The notes under the pieces were generated by a model that worked only from the letters and a program-made list of their open reading frames with translations, ran no database searches and was not told where the DNA came from. From Candidatus Amphirhobacter sp. (GTDB lineage Bacteria > Pseudomonadota > Gammaproteobacteria > Tethybacterales > Tethybacteraceae), in assembly GCA_965222035.1 (NCBI GenBank), contig OZ244940.1, positions 1,287,134 to 1,351,133 on the forward strand: DNA of 64,000 nt. The letters run 5' to 3'. The position numbers and the translations under genes are program-made. Positions 22,501 through 37,500 of this stretch are shown one piece after another. Position 1 is the first letter of the stretch. Every line of letters starts with the position of its first letter.

Positions 22501-25500
22501 GCCTGACGACGGTGAGGGTTACGATGACGGTCGCGACCAACGCCTCCTGCGCGAGCGAATCGGGCGCGCCGTCGGCGCGCGCGCTGGTCGGCACGGTGGC
22601 GGTGTTCACGGCGAAGGAGGAGTGGAAGACCCTGGCTGGCGACGTGGCGCGGCGCGATACCGTGCTGTTCAACAGGGTTTACCTCACGGCGACCGACACC
22701 GGGCTGCGCTTCCACCGCGGTACCGACGCCTGCCCGGACGTGGACATCGCTCTGAGCTCGGTCGATCAGCTGCAGCTGCAGTTGTACAACTCCAGCGGCT
22801 CCGCGGTCGGCTCCGCGTCCGATTCCTTCACCAACGTGCGCATGAAGAGCAACGACACCAATGACCGGCTGGTGGGCGTGCTGTTCCCGGCCAATACGAT
22901 CATCCCGTCAGGGACGGGGTCATCGACCCTGACGCTGACCGCGACTCCGAACGCGAGCTGCACCAACCCGGGCAAGCCCGATGATTTGGTGCTGACCTAC
23001 ACGCTGTACGTCGGCGACACCTGGCCGTGGCGGACGCAGGCCCGGGACAATTTCGGCACGACGGTGAGCATGGCGCAGCTGGCCCTGACCGGCACCAATC
23101 CCGTGCCGACCGGGCTGCGGATCCATCGCGATTCGCAAGACTGCCAGGGCACCGACGTGGATCTGGCGTCGGCGTCGCCGAGCTATCTGAAGCTGGGCAA
23201 GTACCGCGCCAACGGCACGGCGGACGGCGCGGCGGCGCGGTCGCTGGATGACGTGTATATGTTCGGCTCGGGCTCGGTCGACCGGCATGTGGAGGTGATG
23301 ATCGACGGCACCACCAGCTTCACGGGCCTGACGACGCTGAAGGTCACGCTGACGGTGGCGCCCGGCCTCTGCGTGGCGTCGACCCTTCCGGATGATGAGA
23401 CGCTGGTCGGCAACCTGGTGATGGTCCCGCCGGAGGCATGGGGAATCCTGAGCGGCGACGTGGCCGCGCTGGCGCGGACGAAGCTGTTCCAGCCGTCAGC
23501 GCTGCGGGCCGCTGCGTCGGCGTCGGACACCGGCCTGCGCATCCACCGCGGCACCGCGGCCTGTCCGGACGTCGATGTCGTGCTGCGGACTGCCCAGCAT
23601 CTGGAGCTGCAGGGCTACGACGCATCAGGGATCGCGACTGGCTCGGCGAGCTCAGCCCTGCGCAACGTGCGCATGCAGTCCATCTCTCCCAACGACCGCC
23701 TGGTGGGCCTGCAGTTCAAGGCGGGCACCCAGGTGACGCCGGGCATGCTGACGGCGACGGTGGAGATGAGCGCGAACGCGTCCTGCACGCATGTGGCCGC
23801 GCCGGCGGGCCTGACGCTGACCTACACCCTCGCGGTGCTCGAGCACTGGCCGTGGCGGACGCAGCCGCAGGACAACATGAACTCGCCGGGCCAAGTTTCC
23901 CAGGGGGCGTTGACCGGGACCACTAATCCGGTGCAGGTCGGCCTGCGGCTGCATCGCGATACGCTGGCGTGCCAGAACGTCGATGTGGCGCTGGCGAGCA
24001 ATGCGCCGTCGTACATGAAGATTGGCAAGTACCGCGCCAACGGCGCGTCCGACGGCGCGGTGGCGCGGTCGCTGACGGGCGTGAACATGTCCGGCTCAGG
24101 CGCGGACGACCGGCATGTGCGGGTGTCCTTCGACGGCGGCGCCAACGTGCAGGTGAACACGGACATCAAGATCACGATGACGCTCACGCCGAACGCTACG
24201 TCCTGTACGGGCGTGGGCCATCCGCCGGCGACGCAGCTGGTCGGGACGGTGATCGTCCGGCGGGGAGCGGCCTGGCTCGAGCTGAACGGCAATGTGGCGA
24301 CGCTCAATCACACCATCTTGTTCCAGCCGTCGACGCTGCGGACGTCGACGACGCCGACGGATACCGGATTGCGCGTGCATCGCGGTACCTCGACCTGTCC
24401 GGATATCGACATCACGCTGCGGACGACCACCCACATGGAGATGCAGAAGTACACCGCCGCCGGCGTCAAGGACGGCGCGGCGTCGATAGCCTTCGCCACC
24501 TTGCGCATGGAGAACAACCACAACAGCGACCGGCGCGTCGGTTTGCAGTTCCGGTCGGGCGTCTCGATAGCGGCCGGCATGCTGACGGCGACAGTGGTGG
24601 TGAGCGCGACGCCGACCTGCGCCGCGGTCTATCCGGTGCCGCTGACGCTGGCCTACACGCTGGCGGTGCTGGAGTACTGGCCGTGGCGCAGCCAGGCACA
24701 GCATAACTTCGGGACCCAGGCGCGGTTCCCCCATCTGTCCTTGGGCGGAACGAATCCGACGCCGACTGGCCTGCGGCTGCATCGCGACGCGCGGGCGTGC
24801 CAGAGCATCGACGTGGCGCTGCATTCGGGCGCGCCGAGTTACCTGAAGCTGCGCAAGCACCAGGCCGACGGCACGGCGGACGGCGCCGCGGCGCGGTCGC
24901 TGAGCGGAGTGAACATGTCCGGCACGGGCGCGGCCGGCCGGCACGTGCGGGTGGCGATCGACAGCGGCAGCGGCCTGGCAGCGAACACCACGGTGATGGT
25001 GACGCTGACGGTCTCGCCCAATTCCTCCTGCGCGGGCGTGGGCCATCCGCCGGCGCAGCAGCTGGTCGGCACGGCGGTGGCGGTGCCGCCGGAGGACTGG
25101 AGCGTACTGGCCGGCGACATATCCGCGGCCGGCCGGCTGCTGTTCCCGCCATCACGGACCAGGTCGTCCAACACGGCGATCGACACCGGGCTGCGGCTGC
25201 ATCGCGGCACCAACGCCTGTCCGGACGTGAACGTCACGTTGCGCAACACCATGCATCTGGAGCTGCGGCGGTATCAAGGCACCCGATCGACCGGCGACGC
25301 GGCGACATTCTTCACCAACGTGCGCATGCAAGCCGGCAACGCCAACGACCGGCGGATCGGGGTGCAGTTCCGGGCGGGGGCGCAGGTCCCGGCGGGCCCG
25401 GTGGAGCTGACGCTGGTGGCGGAGGCGAGCGCGTCCTGCACCGATGCGGCGAAGCCGCGGCCGTTGACGCTGTCGTACACGCTGTCAGCGCTGGAGAACT

Positions 25501-28500
25501 GGCCGTGGCGCAACCAGGCGCAGGACAATTTCGCGACGCGCGCGCAGATCGACGGCGCCGCCGTGCTGACTTCGGGCGCGGTCCCGACCGGCCTGCGGCT
25601 GCATCGCAACATCCTGGTGTGCTCGAGTTTTGACGTGGCGCTGGCGACGGGCACGCCGAGCTACGTGAAGCTGGGTAGTTACCGCGCCGACGGGACGGCG
25701 GACGGCGCGGCGGTGCGGTCGCTGGCGGGCGTGAACATGTCCGGCACGGGCGTGCTGGATCGCCATGTGCGGGTGACGTTCGACGGCGGGACGAGGTTCA
25801 GCGCCAGCGCCATCTTGCGCGTGACCTTGACGGTAGCGACCAACAGCTCCTGCGACAGCCAATCCGGCGCGCCGTCTGCGCAGGAGCTGGTCGCCGAGGT
25901 GGATGTGGTGCCGGCGCAGACGTGGAGCGCGCTGGCCGGCGAAGTGACGAGCCGCGACCGCATCCTGTTCAAGCCCACTCAAATCAGGGCAGCCAACTCA
26001 GCCACCGACACCGGACTGCGGCTGCATCGCGGCACTGCAGCCTGTCCGGATGTCGACATAACCTTGCGCAACACCACGCATCTGGAGCTGCGGAAATACA
26101 ACGGCAGCGCTGCTGACGGCGCGGCGGCAACGTTCTTCAACAACATTCGCATGAAGGCCGGCGACGCCAACGACCGGCTGGTGGGCGTGCAGTTCCGGGC
26201 GGGGGCGACGCTGACGGCAGGTCCGTTTACGCTGACCTTGATCGCGCGCCCGACCTCGGCGTGTACGAACCGGGCCCGGCCGGGTCCGCTGACGCTGGCC
26301 TACACGCTGTCGGTGCTGGAGAACTGGCCGCAGCGCAACCAGAGCCAGGACAATCTCGGTACGCGGGCGCGGATTGCGGCGCTGTCGATAGAGGATGGGA
26401 CCGGCGCGGTGCTGACCGGCTTGCGGCTGCATCGCAACATCCTGGTGTGCTCGAGCTTCGACGTGGCGCTGGCAAGCGGCACGCCGAGCTATGTGAAGCT
26501 GCGCAAGTACCAGACCAACGACACCGCGGATGGCGCAGCGGCGCGCTCCTTGACGGGCGTGGCCATGCTGGGCTCGGGCGCGGCCGACCGCCACGTGCGG
26601 ATCGCGATCGACGGCGGGACGAGCTTCACGCAGCAGACGACCTTGCCCATCACGATGACCTTGTCGACCAACAGTTCCTGCAGCAGCCAGTCGGGCGCGC
26701 CGGCTTCGCATCAACTGGTCGGCACAGTGGAAGTGGTGCCGCCGGCGGCCTGGAGTGCGTTGAACGGCGATGTCGCCAATCGCGACCGCATCTTGTTCCG
26801 GCCGTCGGCGATCAGGGCGGCCAGCTCGGCGATCGACACCGGGCTGCGGCTGCATCGCGGCAACACAGCTTGCCGGGAAGTCGCGGTGATTCTGAACAAC
26901 ACCACGCACTTGGAGCTGCGGCAATACACCAGCAGCGCGGCGACGGGATCGGCGGCGACGTTCTTCCCCTTCGTTCACATGGAGAACAACCATGCCAGCG
27001 ACCGGCGGGTGGGGGTGCAGTTCCGGGCGGGGGCGACGGTCTCGGCGGGCCCGCTGGAGTTGACGCTGGAGGTGGGGGCGAGCTCACTCTGCTCGCATAT
27101 CGCGAAGCCGCGTCCGCTGACGCTGTCGTACACGCTGTCGGTACAGGAAGACTGGCCGCTGCGCAACCAAGGCCAGGACAACCTTGGCACGCAGGCCCAG
27201 CTGCCGGCCTTGTCGCTGAGCGGCGTGTCCGGCGCGGTGCCGACCGGCCTGCGCTTGCACCGCAACATCTTCGTATGCTCGAGCTTCGACGTGGCGCTGG
27301 CGAGCGGCACGCCGAGCTATGTGAAGCTGCGCAAGTACCAGACCAACGGCACGGCGGACGGCGCGGCGGCGCGGTCGCTGACGGGCGTGGCCATGCCGGG
27401 CTCGGGCGCGGCCGACCGGCATGTGCGGATCGCGATCGACGGCGGCACGAGCTTCACGCAGCGGACGACCTTGCCAGTGACGCTGACGATGTCGACCAAC
27501 AGTTCCTGCGCGAGCCAATCGGGCGCGCCGGCTTCGCACCAGCTGGTCGGTACGGTGGTGGTGGTGCCGCCGGCGTCCTGGAGCGAGCTGGCCGGCGACG
27601 TGGACACGCTGGCGCAGACCTTGTTGTTCCAGCCGTCGGCGATCAGGGCGGCCAACTCGGCGACCGACACCGGCCTGCGGCTGCATCGCGGGACCGCGGC
27701 CTGCCCGAACGTGGACGTGACGCTGAACACCACCACGCACCTGGAGCTGCGGCAATACACCAGCAGCGCGGCGACGGGCTCGGCGGCGACCTTCTTCAAC
27801 AACATCCGCATGCAGAACAACCATGCCAATGACCGGCGGGTGGGCGTGCAGTTCCGGGCGGGCGCGACGCTGACGGCGGGTCGGCTGACGTTGACGCTGA
27901 TCGCGCGGGCGAACGCGTCCTGCACGGACCCGGCGAAGCCGCGTGACCTGACGGTGGCGTATGAGCTTGAGATTCGCGAGAACTGGCCGTGGCGCACGCA
28001 AGGCCAAGACAACCTCAGCACGCAGGCGCGGCTGGCCGTGCTGGCATTGAACTCGACCAATCCGGTGCTGACCGGACTGCGGCTGCATCGCGATTCGATA
28101 GCATGCCAGAGCACTGATGTGGCGCTGGCTTCGGATTCGCCGAGTTACCTGAAGCTGCGCAAGTACCAGGCCAACGGCACGGCGGACGGTTCAGCGGCGC
28201 GATCGCTGAGCGGCGTGAACATGTCCGGCTCGGGCGCGGCCGACCGCCACGTGCGGATCGCGATTGACGGCGGCACCAACATAGCGGCAGGAACCTTTTT
28301 GCGGGTGACGTTGACGGTCACGCGAAACTCCTCCTGCACGGGCCAGGGCCATCCGCCGGCGACGCAGCTGGTCGGTACGGTGGCGCTGGTGGCAGCCGAG
28401 GCTTGGGGCGCGTTGGCCGGCGACGTGGCCAACCGCGACCGCATCCTGTTCAAGCCGTCGCAGGTCAGGTCCTCCAACACGGCGACCGACACCGGGCTGC

Positions 28501-31500
28501 GCTTCCATCGCGGCACTTCGGTCTGCCCGGATGTGGACGTGACGCTGCGCAACACCACGCATCTGGAATTGCGGCAATACACTAGCAGTTCAGCGACCGG
28601 CTCGGCGAACACGTTCTTCCGCAACATCCGCATGCAGAACAACCATGCCAATGACCGGCGGGTGGGCGTGCAGTTCCGGGCGGGCGCGACGCTGACGCCG
28701 GGCCCGCTGACGCTGACATTGATCGCGGAAGCGAACGCATCCTGCACGAACCCGGCGAAGCCGGTGCCGTTGACGCAGGCGTACACGCTCTCGGTACAGG
28801 AAGACTGGCCGCTGCGCAACCAAGGCCAGGACAATCTCGGCACGCAGGCGCGGCTGCCTGCCTTGTCGCTGAGCGGCGTATCCGGCGCGGTGCCCACCGG
28901 CCTGCGCTTGCATCGCAACATCTTCGTGTGCTCGAGTTTCGACGTGGCGCTGGCGTCCGGCACTCCGAGCTACGTGAAGCTGCGCAAATACCAGACCAAC
29001 GGCACGGCGGACGGCGCGGCGGCGCGATCCTTGACGGGCGTGGCCATGCCGGGCTCGGGAGCGGCCGACCGCCATGTGCGAATCGCGATCGACGGCGGGA
29101 CGAGTTTCACGGGGTTGACGACCTTGCCAATCACGCTGACGATGTCGACCAACAGTTCCTGCGCGAGTCAGTCGGGCGCGCCGGCTTCGCACCAGCTGGT
29201 CGGTACGGTGGTGGTGGTGCCGCCGGCGTCCTGGAGCGAGCTGACTGGCGACGTGGATACGCTGGCGCAGACCTTGTTGTTCCAGCCGTCGGCGATCAGG
29301 GCGGCCAACTCGGCGACCGACACCGGGCTGCGGCTGCATCGCGGCACTTCAGCCTGTCCGAACGTCGATGTGACCTTGCGCAACACCACGCATCTGGAGC
29401 TGCGGCAATACACCAGCAGCGCGGCGACGGGCTCGGCGGCGACCTTCTTCAACAACATCCGCATGCAGAACAACCATGCCAACGACCGGCGGGTGGGCGT
29501 GCAGTTCCGGGCGGGCGCGACGCTGACGGCGGGCCGGCTGACGCTGACGCTGATCGCACGGGCGAACGCATCCTGCGCCGATGCGGCGAAGCCGCGCGAC
29601 CTGACGGTGGCGTATGAGCTGGAGATTCGCGAGAACTGGCCGTGGCGGACGCAAGGCCAAGACAACCTCAGCACGCAGGCGCGGCTGGCCGTGCTGGCGT
29701 TGAACTCGACCGATCCGGTGCCGACCGGCCTGCGGGTGCATCGCGATTCGCTGGCGTGCCAGAGCACCGATGTGGCGCTGGCGTCGGGTTCGCCGGCATA
29801 CATGAAGCTGCGGAAGTACCAGACCAACGGCACCGCGGACGGCTCAGCGGCGCGGTCGCTGAGCGGCGTGAACATGTCCGGCTCGGGCGCGGCCGACCGG
29901 CATGTGCGGGTGACCTTCGATGGCGGCACCGACCTGGCAGCGGGCACCAACTTGCAAATCACGCTTACGGTCACGCCGAACTCCTCCTGCACGGGCCAGG
30001 GCCATCCGCCGGCGACGCAGCTGGTCGGTACGGTGGCGCTGGTGGCAGCCGAGGCTTGGGTCGCGCTGGCCGGCGACGTGAACAATCGCGACCGCATCCT
30101 GTTCCGGCCATCGGCGATCAGGGCAGCCAGCTCGGCGACCGACATCGGGCTGCGCTTCCATCGCGGCACCTCGGTCTGCCCGGATGTGGACGTGACGCTG
30201 CGCAACACTACGCACCTGGAGCTGCGGCAATACACCAGCAGCGCGGCGACGGGATCGGCGGCGACCTTCTTCACCAACATCCGCATGCAGAACAACCATG
30301 CCAATGACCGGCGGGTGGGGGTGCAGTTCCGGGCGGGCGCGACGCTGACGCCGGGCCCGCTGACGCTGACATTGATCGCGGAAGCGAACGCATCCTGTAC
30401 GAACCTGGCGAAGCCGCTGCCGTTGACGCAGGCGTACACGCTGTCGGTGCAGGAGCAATGGCCGCTGCGTAACCAAGATCAGGACAATCTCGGCACGCAG
30501 GCGCGGCTGCCGGCGCTGTCGCTCGAGGGCGTGTCCGGCGCGGTACCGACCGGCCTGCGTCTGCACCGCAACATCTTCGTGTGCGATAACTTCGACGTGG
30601 CGCTGGCGTCTGGTACGCCGAGTTACGTGAAGCTGCGCAAGTACCAGACCAACGGCACGGCCGACGGCGCGGCGGCGCGGTCGTTGACGGGCGTAGACAT
30701 GTCCGGCTCGGGCGCGAATGACCGGCATGTGCGGATCGCGATCGACGGCGGCACGAGCTTCACGCAACAAACGACCTTGCCGATCACGCTGACGATGTCG
30801 ACCAACAGCTCTTGCGCCAGCCAGTCGGGCGCGCCGGCTTCGCACCAGCTGGTCGGCACAGTGGTGGTGGTGCCGCCGGCGGCCTGGAGCGCGTTGAATG
30901 GCGACGTGGCGAATCGCGATCGCATCCTGTTCAAGCCGACGGAGATCAGAGCTTCCGGCTCGGGAATTGACACCGGCCTGCGTCTGCATCGCGGCACCTC
31001 GGCTTGTCCGAACGTGGATGTGACGCTGCACACCACCACGCACCTGGAGCTGCTGCAATACAGCAGCACCGGGTCGACGGGGGCGACATCGACGTTCTTC
31101 AACAACATCCGCATGCAGAACAACCATGCCCAAGACCGACGGGTGGGCGTGAAGTTCAATCCCGGAGAGACGGTCCCGGCGGGCCCGTTAACGCTGACGT
31201 TGATCGCGAGGGCGAACTCGTCCTGCACGGATCCGGCGAAGCCGCGTGATCTGACGCTGGCCTACACGCTGTCGGTGCTGGAGAACTGGCCGCTGCGCAA
31301 CCAGGGCCAGGACAACCTCGGCACGCAGGCGCGGATGCCAGCGCTGTCGCTCGAGGGCGTGACCGGCGCAATTCCCACCGGCTTGCGTCTGCATCGCAAC
31401 ATTTTTGTGTGCTCGAGCTTCGACGTGGCGCTGGCGTCCGGCACTCCGAGCTACGTGAAACTGCGGAAATACCAGACCAACGGCACGGCGGATGGCGCGG

Positions 31501-34500
31501 CGGCGCGGTCGCTGAGCGCCGTGGCCATGCCAGGCTCAGGCGCGGCCGACCGCCACGTGCGGATCGCGATCGACGGCGGCACGAGCTTCACGCAGCAGAC
31601 GACCTTGCCCATCACGATGACCATGTCGACCAACAGCTCCTGCGCCAGCCAGTCGGGCGCGCCGGTCTCGCATGAGTTGGTCGGCAGAGTGGTGATTGTG
31701 CCGCCGGCGGCCTGGAGCGCGCTGGCCGGCGACGTGCTTACGCGCCCCCGCATCCTGTTCCAGCCATCGGCGATCAGGTCGTCCAACACGGCGACCGACA
31801 CCGGGCTGCGTCTCCATCGTGGTACTTCGGCCTGTCCGAACGTGGACGTTACGCTGCGCAACACCACGCACCTGGAGCTGCGGCAATACACCAGCAGTTC
31901 AGCGACGGGCTCGGCGGCGACGTTCTTCCGCAACATTCGCATGCAGAACAACCATGCCAATGACCGGCGGGTGGGCGTGCAGTTCCGGGCGGGCGCGACG
32001 CTGACAGCGGGTCCATACGCGCTGACATTGGTCGCGAGCGCGAACTCCTCCTGCGCCGATGCGGCGAAGCCGCGTCCCTTGACGCTGGCGTACACGCTTT
32101 CGGTGGAGAACGGCTGGCCGCTGCGCAACCAGGGCCAAGACAATCTCGGGACGCAGGCGCGGCTGCCGGCCTTGTCGCTGAGCGGCGTGTCCGGCGTGGT
32201 GCCCACTGGCCTGCGCCTGCATCGCAACATCTTCGTATGCGACAGCTTCGACGTGGCGCTGGCGAACGGCACCCCGAGTTACGTGAAGCTGCGCAAATAC
32301 CAGACCAACGGCACGGCGGACGGCGCGGCGGCGCGATCGCTGACGGGCGTGGCCATGCCGGGCTCGGGCGCGAATGACCGGCATGTGAGGATCGCGATCG
32401 ACGGCGGCACGAGCTTCACGCAACAAACAACCTTGCCGGTGACGCTGACGATGTCGACCAACAGTTCCTGCGCGAGCCAGTCGGGCGCGCCGGCTTCGCA
32501 TCTGCTGGTGGGCACGGTGGTGGTGGTGCCGCCGGCGTCCTGGAGCGAGCTGGCCGGCGACGTGGACACGTTGGCGCAGACCCTGCTGTTCCAGCCGTCG
32601 CGGGTCCGCGCCTCCAACGCGGCGATTGATACCGGATTGCGGCTGCATCGCGGCACCGCGGCCTGCCCGAACGTCGATGTGACCTTGCGCAACACCATGC
32701 ATCTGGAGCTGCGGCAATACACCAGCAGCGCGGCGACGGGATTGGCGGCGACCTTCTTCAACAACATTCGCATGGAGAACAACCATGCCAATGACCGGCG
32801 GGTGGGCGTGCAGTTCCGGGCGGGCGCGACGTTGACGGCGGGTCGGCTGACGCTGACATTGATCGCGCGGGCGAACGCATCCTGCGCCAATGCGGCGAAG
32901 CCGCGTGATCTGACGGTGGCGTATGAGCTGGAAATACGCGAGAACTGGCCGTGGCGGACGCGGGGCCAGGACAATCTCAGTACGGAAGCGAAGTTGGCTG
33001 TGGCGGCGTTGAACACGACTGGCGAGGTGCCGACCGGCCTGCGGGTGCATCGCGATTCGCTGGCGTGCCAGAGCACCGATGTGGCGCTGGCGTCGGGTTC
33101 GCCGGCATACATGAAGCTGCGCAAGTACCAGGCCAATGGCACGGCGGACGGCTCAGCGGCGCGCTCGCTGACAGGCGTGAACATGTCCGGCTCGGGCGCG
33201 GCCGACCGGCATGTGCGGGTGACCTTCGATGGCGGCACCAACCTGGCGGTGGACATAACCTTGATGGTGACGCTGACGGTCACGCGCAACGCCTCGGCCT
33301 GCTCGGGTTTCGGGCACCCGCCGGCGACGCAGCTGGTCGGCACGGTGGCGATGGTAGCGGCCGCAACCTGGAGCACGCTGCCTGGCGATGTTGCCAATCG
33401 CGACCGCATCCTGTTCCGGCCGTCGGCGGTCAGGTCGTCCAACTCAGCGACCGACACCGGGCTGCGCTTTCACCGCAGCACTACGGTTTGCCCGGACATC
33501 GACGTGACCTTGCGCAACACCACGCACCTGGAGCTGCGGCAATACACCAGCAGTTCGGCGACGGGATCGGCGGCGGCATTCTTCCGCAACATGCGCATGC
33601 AGAACAACCATGCCAATGACCGGCGGGTGGGCGTGCAGTTCCGGGCGGGCGCGACGCTGACGCCGGGCCCGCTGACGCTGACCTTGATCGCGGAGGCCAA
33701 CTCTTCTTGCACCAACCCGGCCAAGCAGCTGCCGCTGACGCTGGCGTACACGCTGTCGGTGCAGGAGGACTGGCCGCTGCGCAACCAAGGCCAGGACAAT
33801 CTCGGTACGCAGGCGCGGCTGCCGGCGCTGTCGCTAGAGGGCGTGACCGGTACGGTGCCGACCGGCTTGCAGCTGCACCGCAACATCTTCGTGTGCGATA
33901 ACTTCGATGTGGCGTTGGCGAACGGCACGCCGAGCTACGTGAAGCTGCGGAAATACCAGGCCAACGGCAATGCGGACGGCGCGGCGGCGCGCTCGCTGAC
34001 GGGCGTAGACATGTCCGGCTCGGGCTCGACCGACCGGCATGTGCGGATCGCGATCGACGGCGGCACGAGCTTCACGCAGCAGACGACCTTGCCGATCACG
34101 CTGACGATGTCGACCAACAGCTCTTGCGCCAGCCAGTCGGGCGCGCCGGCTTCGCATCAGCTGGTGGGCACGGTGGTGGTGGTGCCGCCGGCGGCTTGGA
34201 GCGCGTTGGCCGGCGACGTGGCCGCGCGCGACCGCATCCTGTTCAAGCCGACGCAGATCGAAGCTTCCAACTCAGCGACCGACACCGGGCTGCGGCTGCA
34301 TCGCGGCACTTCAGCCTGTCCGAACGTCGATGTGACCTTGCGCAACACCACGCATCTGGAGCTGCGGCAATACACCAGCAGCGCAGCGACGGGCTCGGCG
34401 GCGACCTTCTTCAACAACATTCGCATGGAGAACAACCATGCCAATGACCGGCGGGTGGGCGTGCAGTTCCGGGCGGGCGCGACAGTGACGGCAGGGCCGT

Positions 34501-37500
34501 TCACGCTGACGCTGATCGCGCGGGCGAATGCGTCCTGCACGGACTCGGCGAAGCCGCGCGACCTGACGCTGGCCTACACGCTGTCGGTACTGGAGAACTG
34601 GCCGCAGCGCAACCAGGGTCAGGACAACCTCGGTACGCAGGCGCGGATGCCGGCGCTGTCGCTAGAGGGCGTGACCGGCGCGATACCCACCGGCTTGCGG
34701 CTGCACCGCAACATCTTCGTGTGCTCGAGCTTCGACGTGGCGCTGGCGTCCGGCACGCCGAGCTACGTGAAGCTGCGCAAGTACCAGACCAACGGCACGG
34801 CGGATGGCGCAGCGGCGCGGTCGCTGACGGGCGTGGCCATGCCGGGCTCGGGCGCGGCCGACCGCCACGTGCGGATCGCGATCGACGGCGGCACGAGCTT
34901 CACGCAGCAGACCACCTTGCCGATTACGATGACGATGTCGACCAACAGCTCCTGCGCCAGCCAGTCGGGCGCGCCGGTCTCGCACCAGCTGATTGGCACA
35001 GTAGTAGTGGTACCGCCGGCGGCCTGGAGCGCGCTGGCCGGCGACGTGCTCACGCGCCCCCGCATCCTGTTCAAGCCGACGCAGGTCAGGTCGTCCAACT
35101 CGGCGGTTGACACCGGGCTGCGCCTCCACCGCGGCACCTCGGCCTGTCCGAACGTGGATGTAACGCTGCGCAACACCACGCATCTGGAACTGCGTCAATA
35201 CACCAGCAATTCGGCGACTGGTTCGGCGGCGACGTTCTTCCGCAACATCCGCATGCAGAACAACCATGCCAATGACCGGCGGGTGGGCGTGCAGTTCCGG
35301 GCGGGCGCGACGCTGACAGCGGGCGCGTTCGAGCTGACATTGATCGTGAGCGCGAACTCCTCCTGCGCCGATGCGGCGAAGCCGCGTCCGCTGACGCTGG
35401 CATACACGCTGTCGGTGCAGGAAGACTGGCCGCTGCGCAACCAGGGCCAGGACAATCTCGGGACGCAGGCGCGGATCGCAGCTCTGTCGCTGAGCGGCGG
35501 GTCCGGCGTGGTGCAGACTGGACTGCGGCTGCACCGCAACATCTTCGTGTGCGACAGTTTCGACGTGGCGTTGGCGAACGGCACTCCGAATTACGTGAAG
35601 CTGGGCAAATACCAGGCCAACGGCACGGCGGACGGCGCGGCGGCGCGGTCCTTGACGGGCGTGGCCATGCCGGGCTCGGGCGCGAATGACCGGCATGTGC
35701 GGATCGCGATCGACGCCGGCACGAGCTTCACGACCTTGACGACGCTGCGGGTGACGATGACCTTGGCGACCAACAGCTCTTGCGCCAGCCAGTCGGGCGC
35801 GCCAGCCTCGCATGAGCTGGTCGGCGCGGTGGAGATAGTCCCGCCGGCGGCCTGGAGCGCATTGGCCGGCGATGTGTCCTCTTTGGCGCGGACCCTGCTG
35901 TTCCAGCCGTCGACGATCAGGTCTTCCAACACAGCTAGCGACACCGGCCTGCGGCTGCATCGCGGGACCTCGGCCTGTCCGGACGTCGACGTGACCTTGC
36001 GCAACACCACGCATCTGGAGCTGCGGAAATACAACGGCAGCACGGCGGACGGATCGGCGGCGACATTCTTCACCGACATTCGCATGCAGCAAGGCGACTC
36101 CAATGACCGGCGGGTGGGCGTGCAGTTCCGGGCGGGGGCGACGCTGACGGCGGGCCGGCTGACGCTGACGCTGATCGCGCGCGCGAACACGTCATGCACC
36201 AATGCGGCGAAGCCGCGCGACCTGACGGTGGCGTATGAGCTGGAGATTCGCGAGAACTGGCCGTGGCGGACGCAAGGCCGCGACAATCTCGGCACGCAAG
36301 CGCAGGTGGCTTCGGTGGCGCTGGAGACGACCGGCCCGGTACCGACCGGCCTGCGGCTGCATCGCGATTCGCTGGCGTGCCAGAGCACCAACGTGGCGCT
36401 GGCGTCCAACGCGCCGAGTTACCTGAAGCTGCTCAAGTACCGGAGCAACGGCACCGTGGACGGCTCGGCGACCCGGTCGCAGACGGCCGTGAACATGTCC
36501 GGCTCGGGCGCCAACGACCGCTACATAGAGGTCGCGGTCGACGGCGGTACCTCCATAGCGGTGGACACCACCTTGGCGGTGACGATGACCATCAGGCCGA
36601 ACTCCTCGTGCACCGGCCGGGGCCATCCGCCGGCGACGCAGGTGGTGGGCACGCTGGTCGTGGTCGAGGCCGCGCCCTGGAGCATGTTGACCGGCGACGT
36701 CGCCAATCGCGACCGCATCCTGTTCCGGCCGTCGGCGGTCAGGTCGTCTGGCTCGGCGACCGATACCGGCCTGCGCTTCCACCGCAGTACTACGGTCTGT
36801 CCGGACATCGATGTGACCCTGCGCAACACCGCGCATCTGGAGCTGCGGCAATACACCGGCAGTTCGGCGACGGGTTCGGCGGCGACATTCTTCCGCAACA
36901 TGCGCATGCAGAACAATCATGCCAACGATCGTCTGGTAGGAGTGCAGTTCCGGGCAGGCGCGAATGTCCCGGCGGGTCCGCTGGCGCTAACGTTGATCGC
37001 GGAGGCGAATTCGTCTTGCACCAATCCGGCGAAGCAATTGCCGCTTACCCTGGCGTACACGCTGGAAGTGCGGGAAGACTGGCTGCTGCGCAACCAGGGC
37101 CAGGACAATCTCGGCACGCAGGCGCGGCTGCCGGCCTTGTCGCTGAGCGGCGCGACCGGCGTGGTGCCCACCGGCCTGCGGCTGCACCGCAACATCCTGG
37201 TGTGCTCGAGCTTCGATGTGGCGCTGGCGAACGGCACGCCGAATTACGTGAAATTGGGCAAATACCAGGCCAACGGCAACGCGGACGGCGCGGCGGCGCG
37301 GTCGCTGACGGGCGTGGCCATGCCGGGATCGGGCGCGGCCGACCGGCATGTGCGGGTGGCGATCGACGCCGGCACGAGCTTCACGACCTTGACGACGCTG
37401 CGGGTGACGATGACCTTAGCGACCAACAGCTCTTGCGCCAGCCAGTCGGGCGCGCCGGCTTCGCATGTGCTGGTCGGCACGGTGGCGGTGGTGCCGCCGG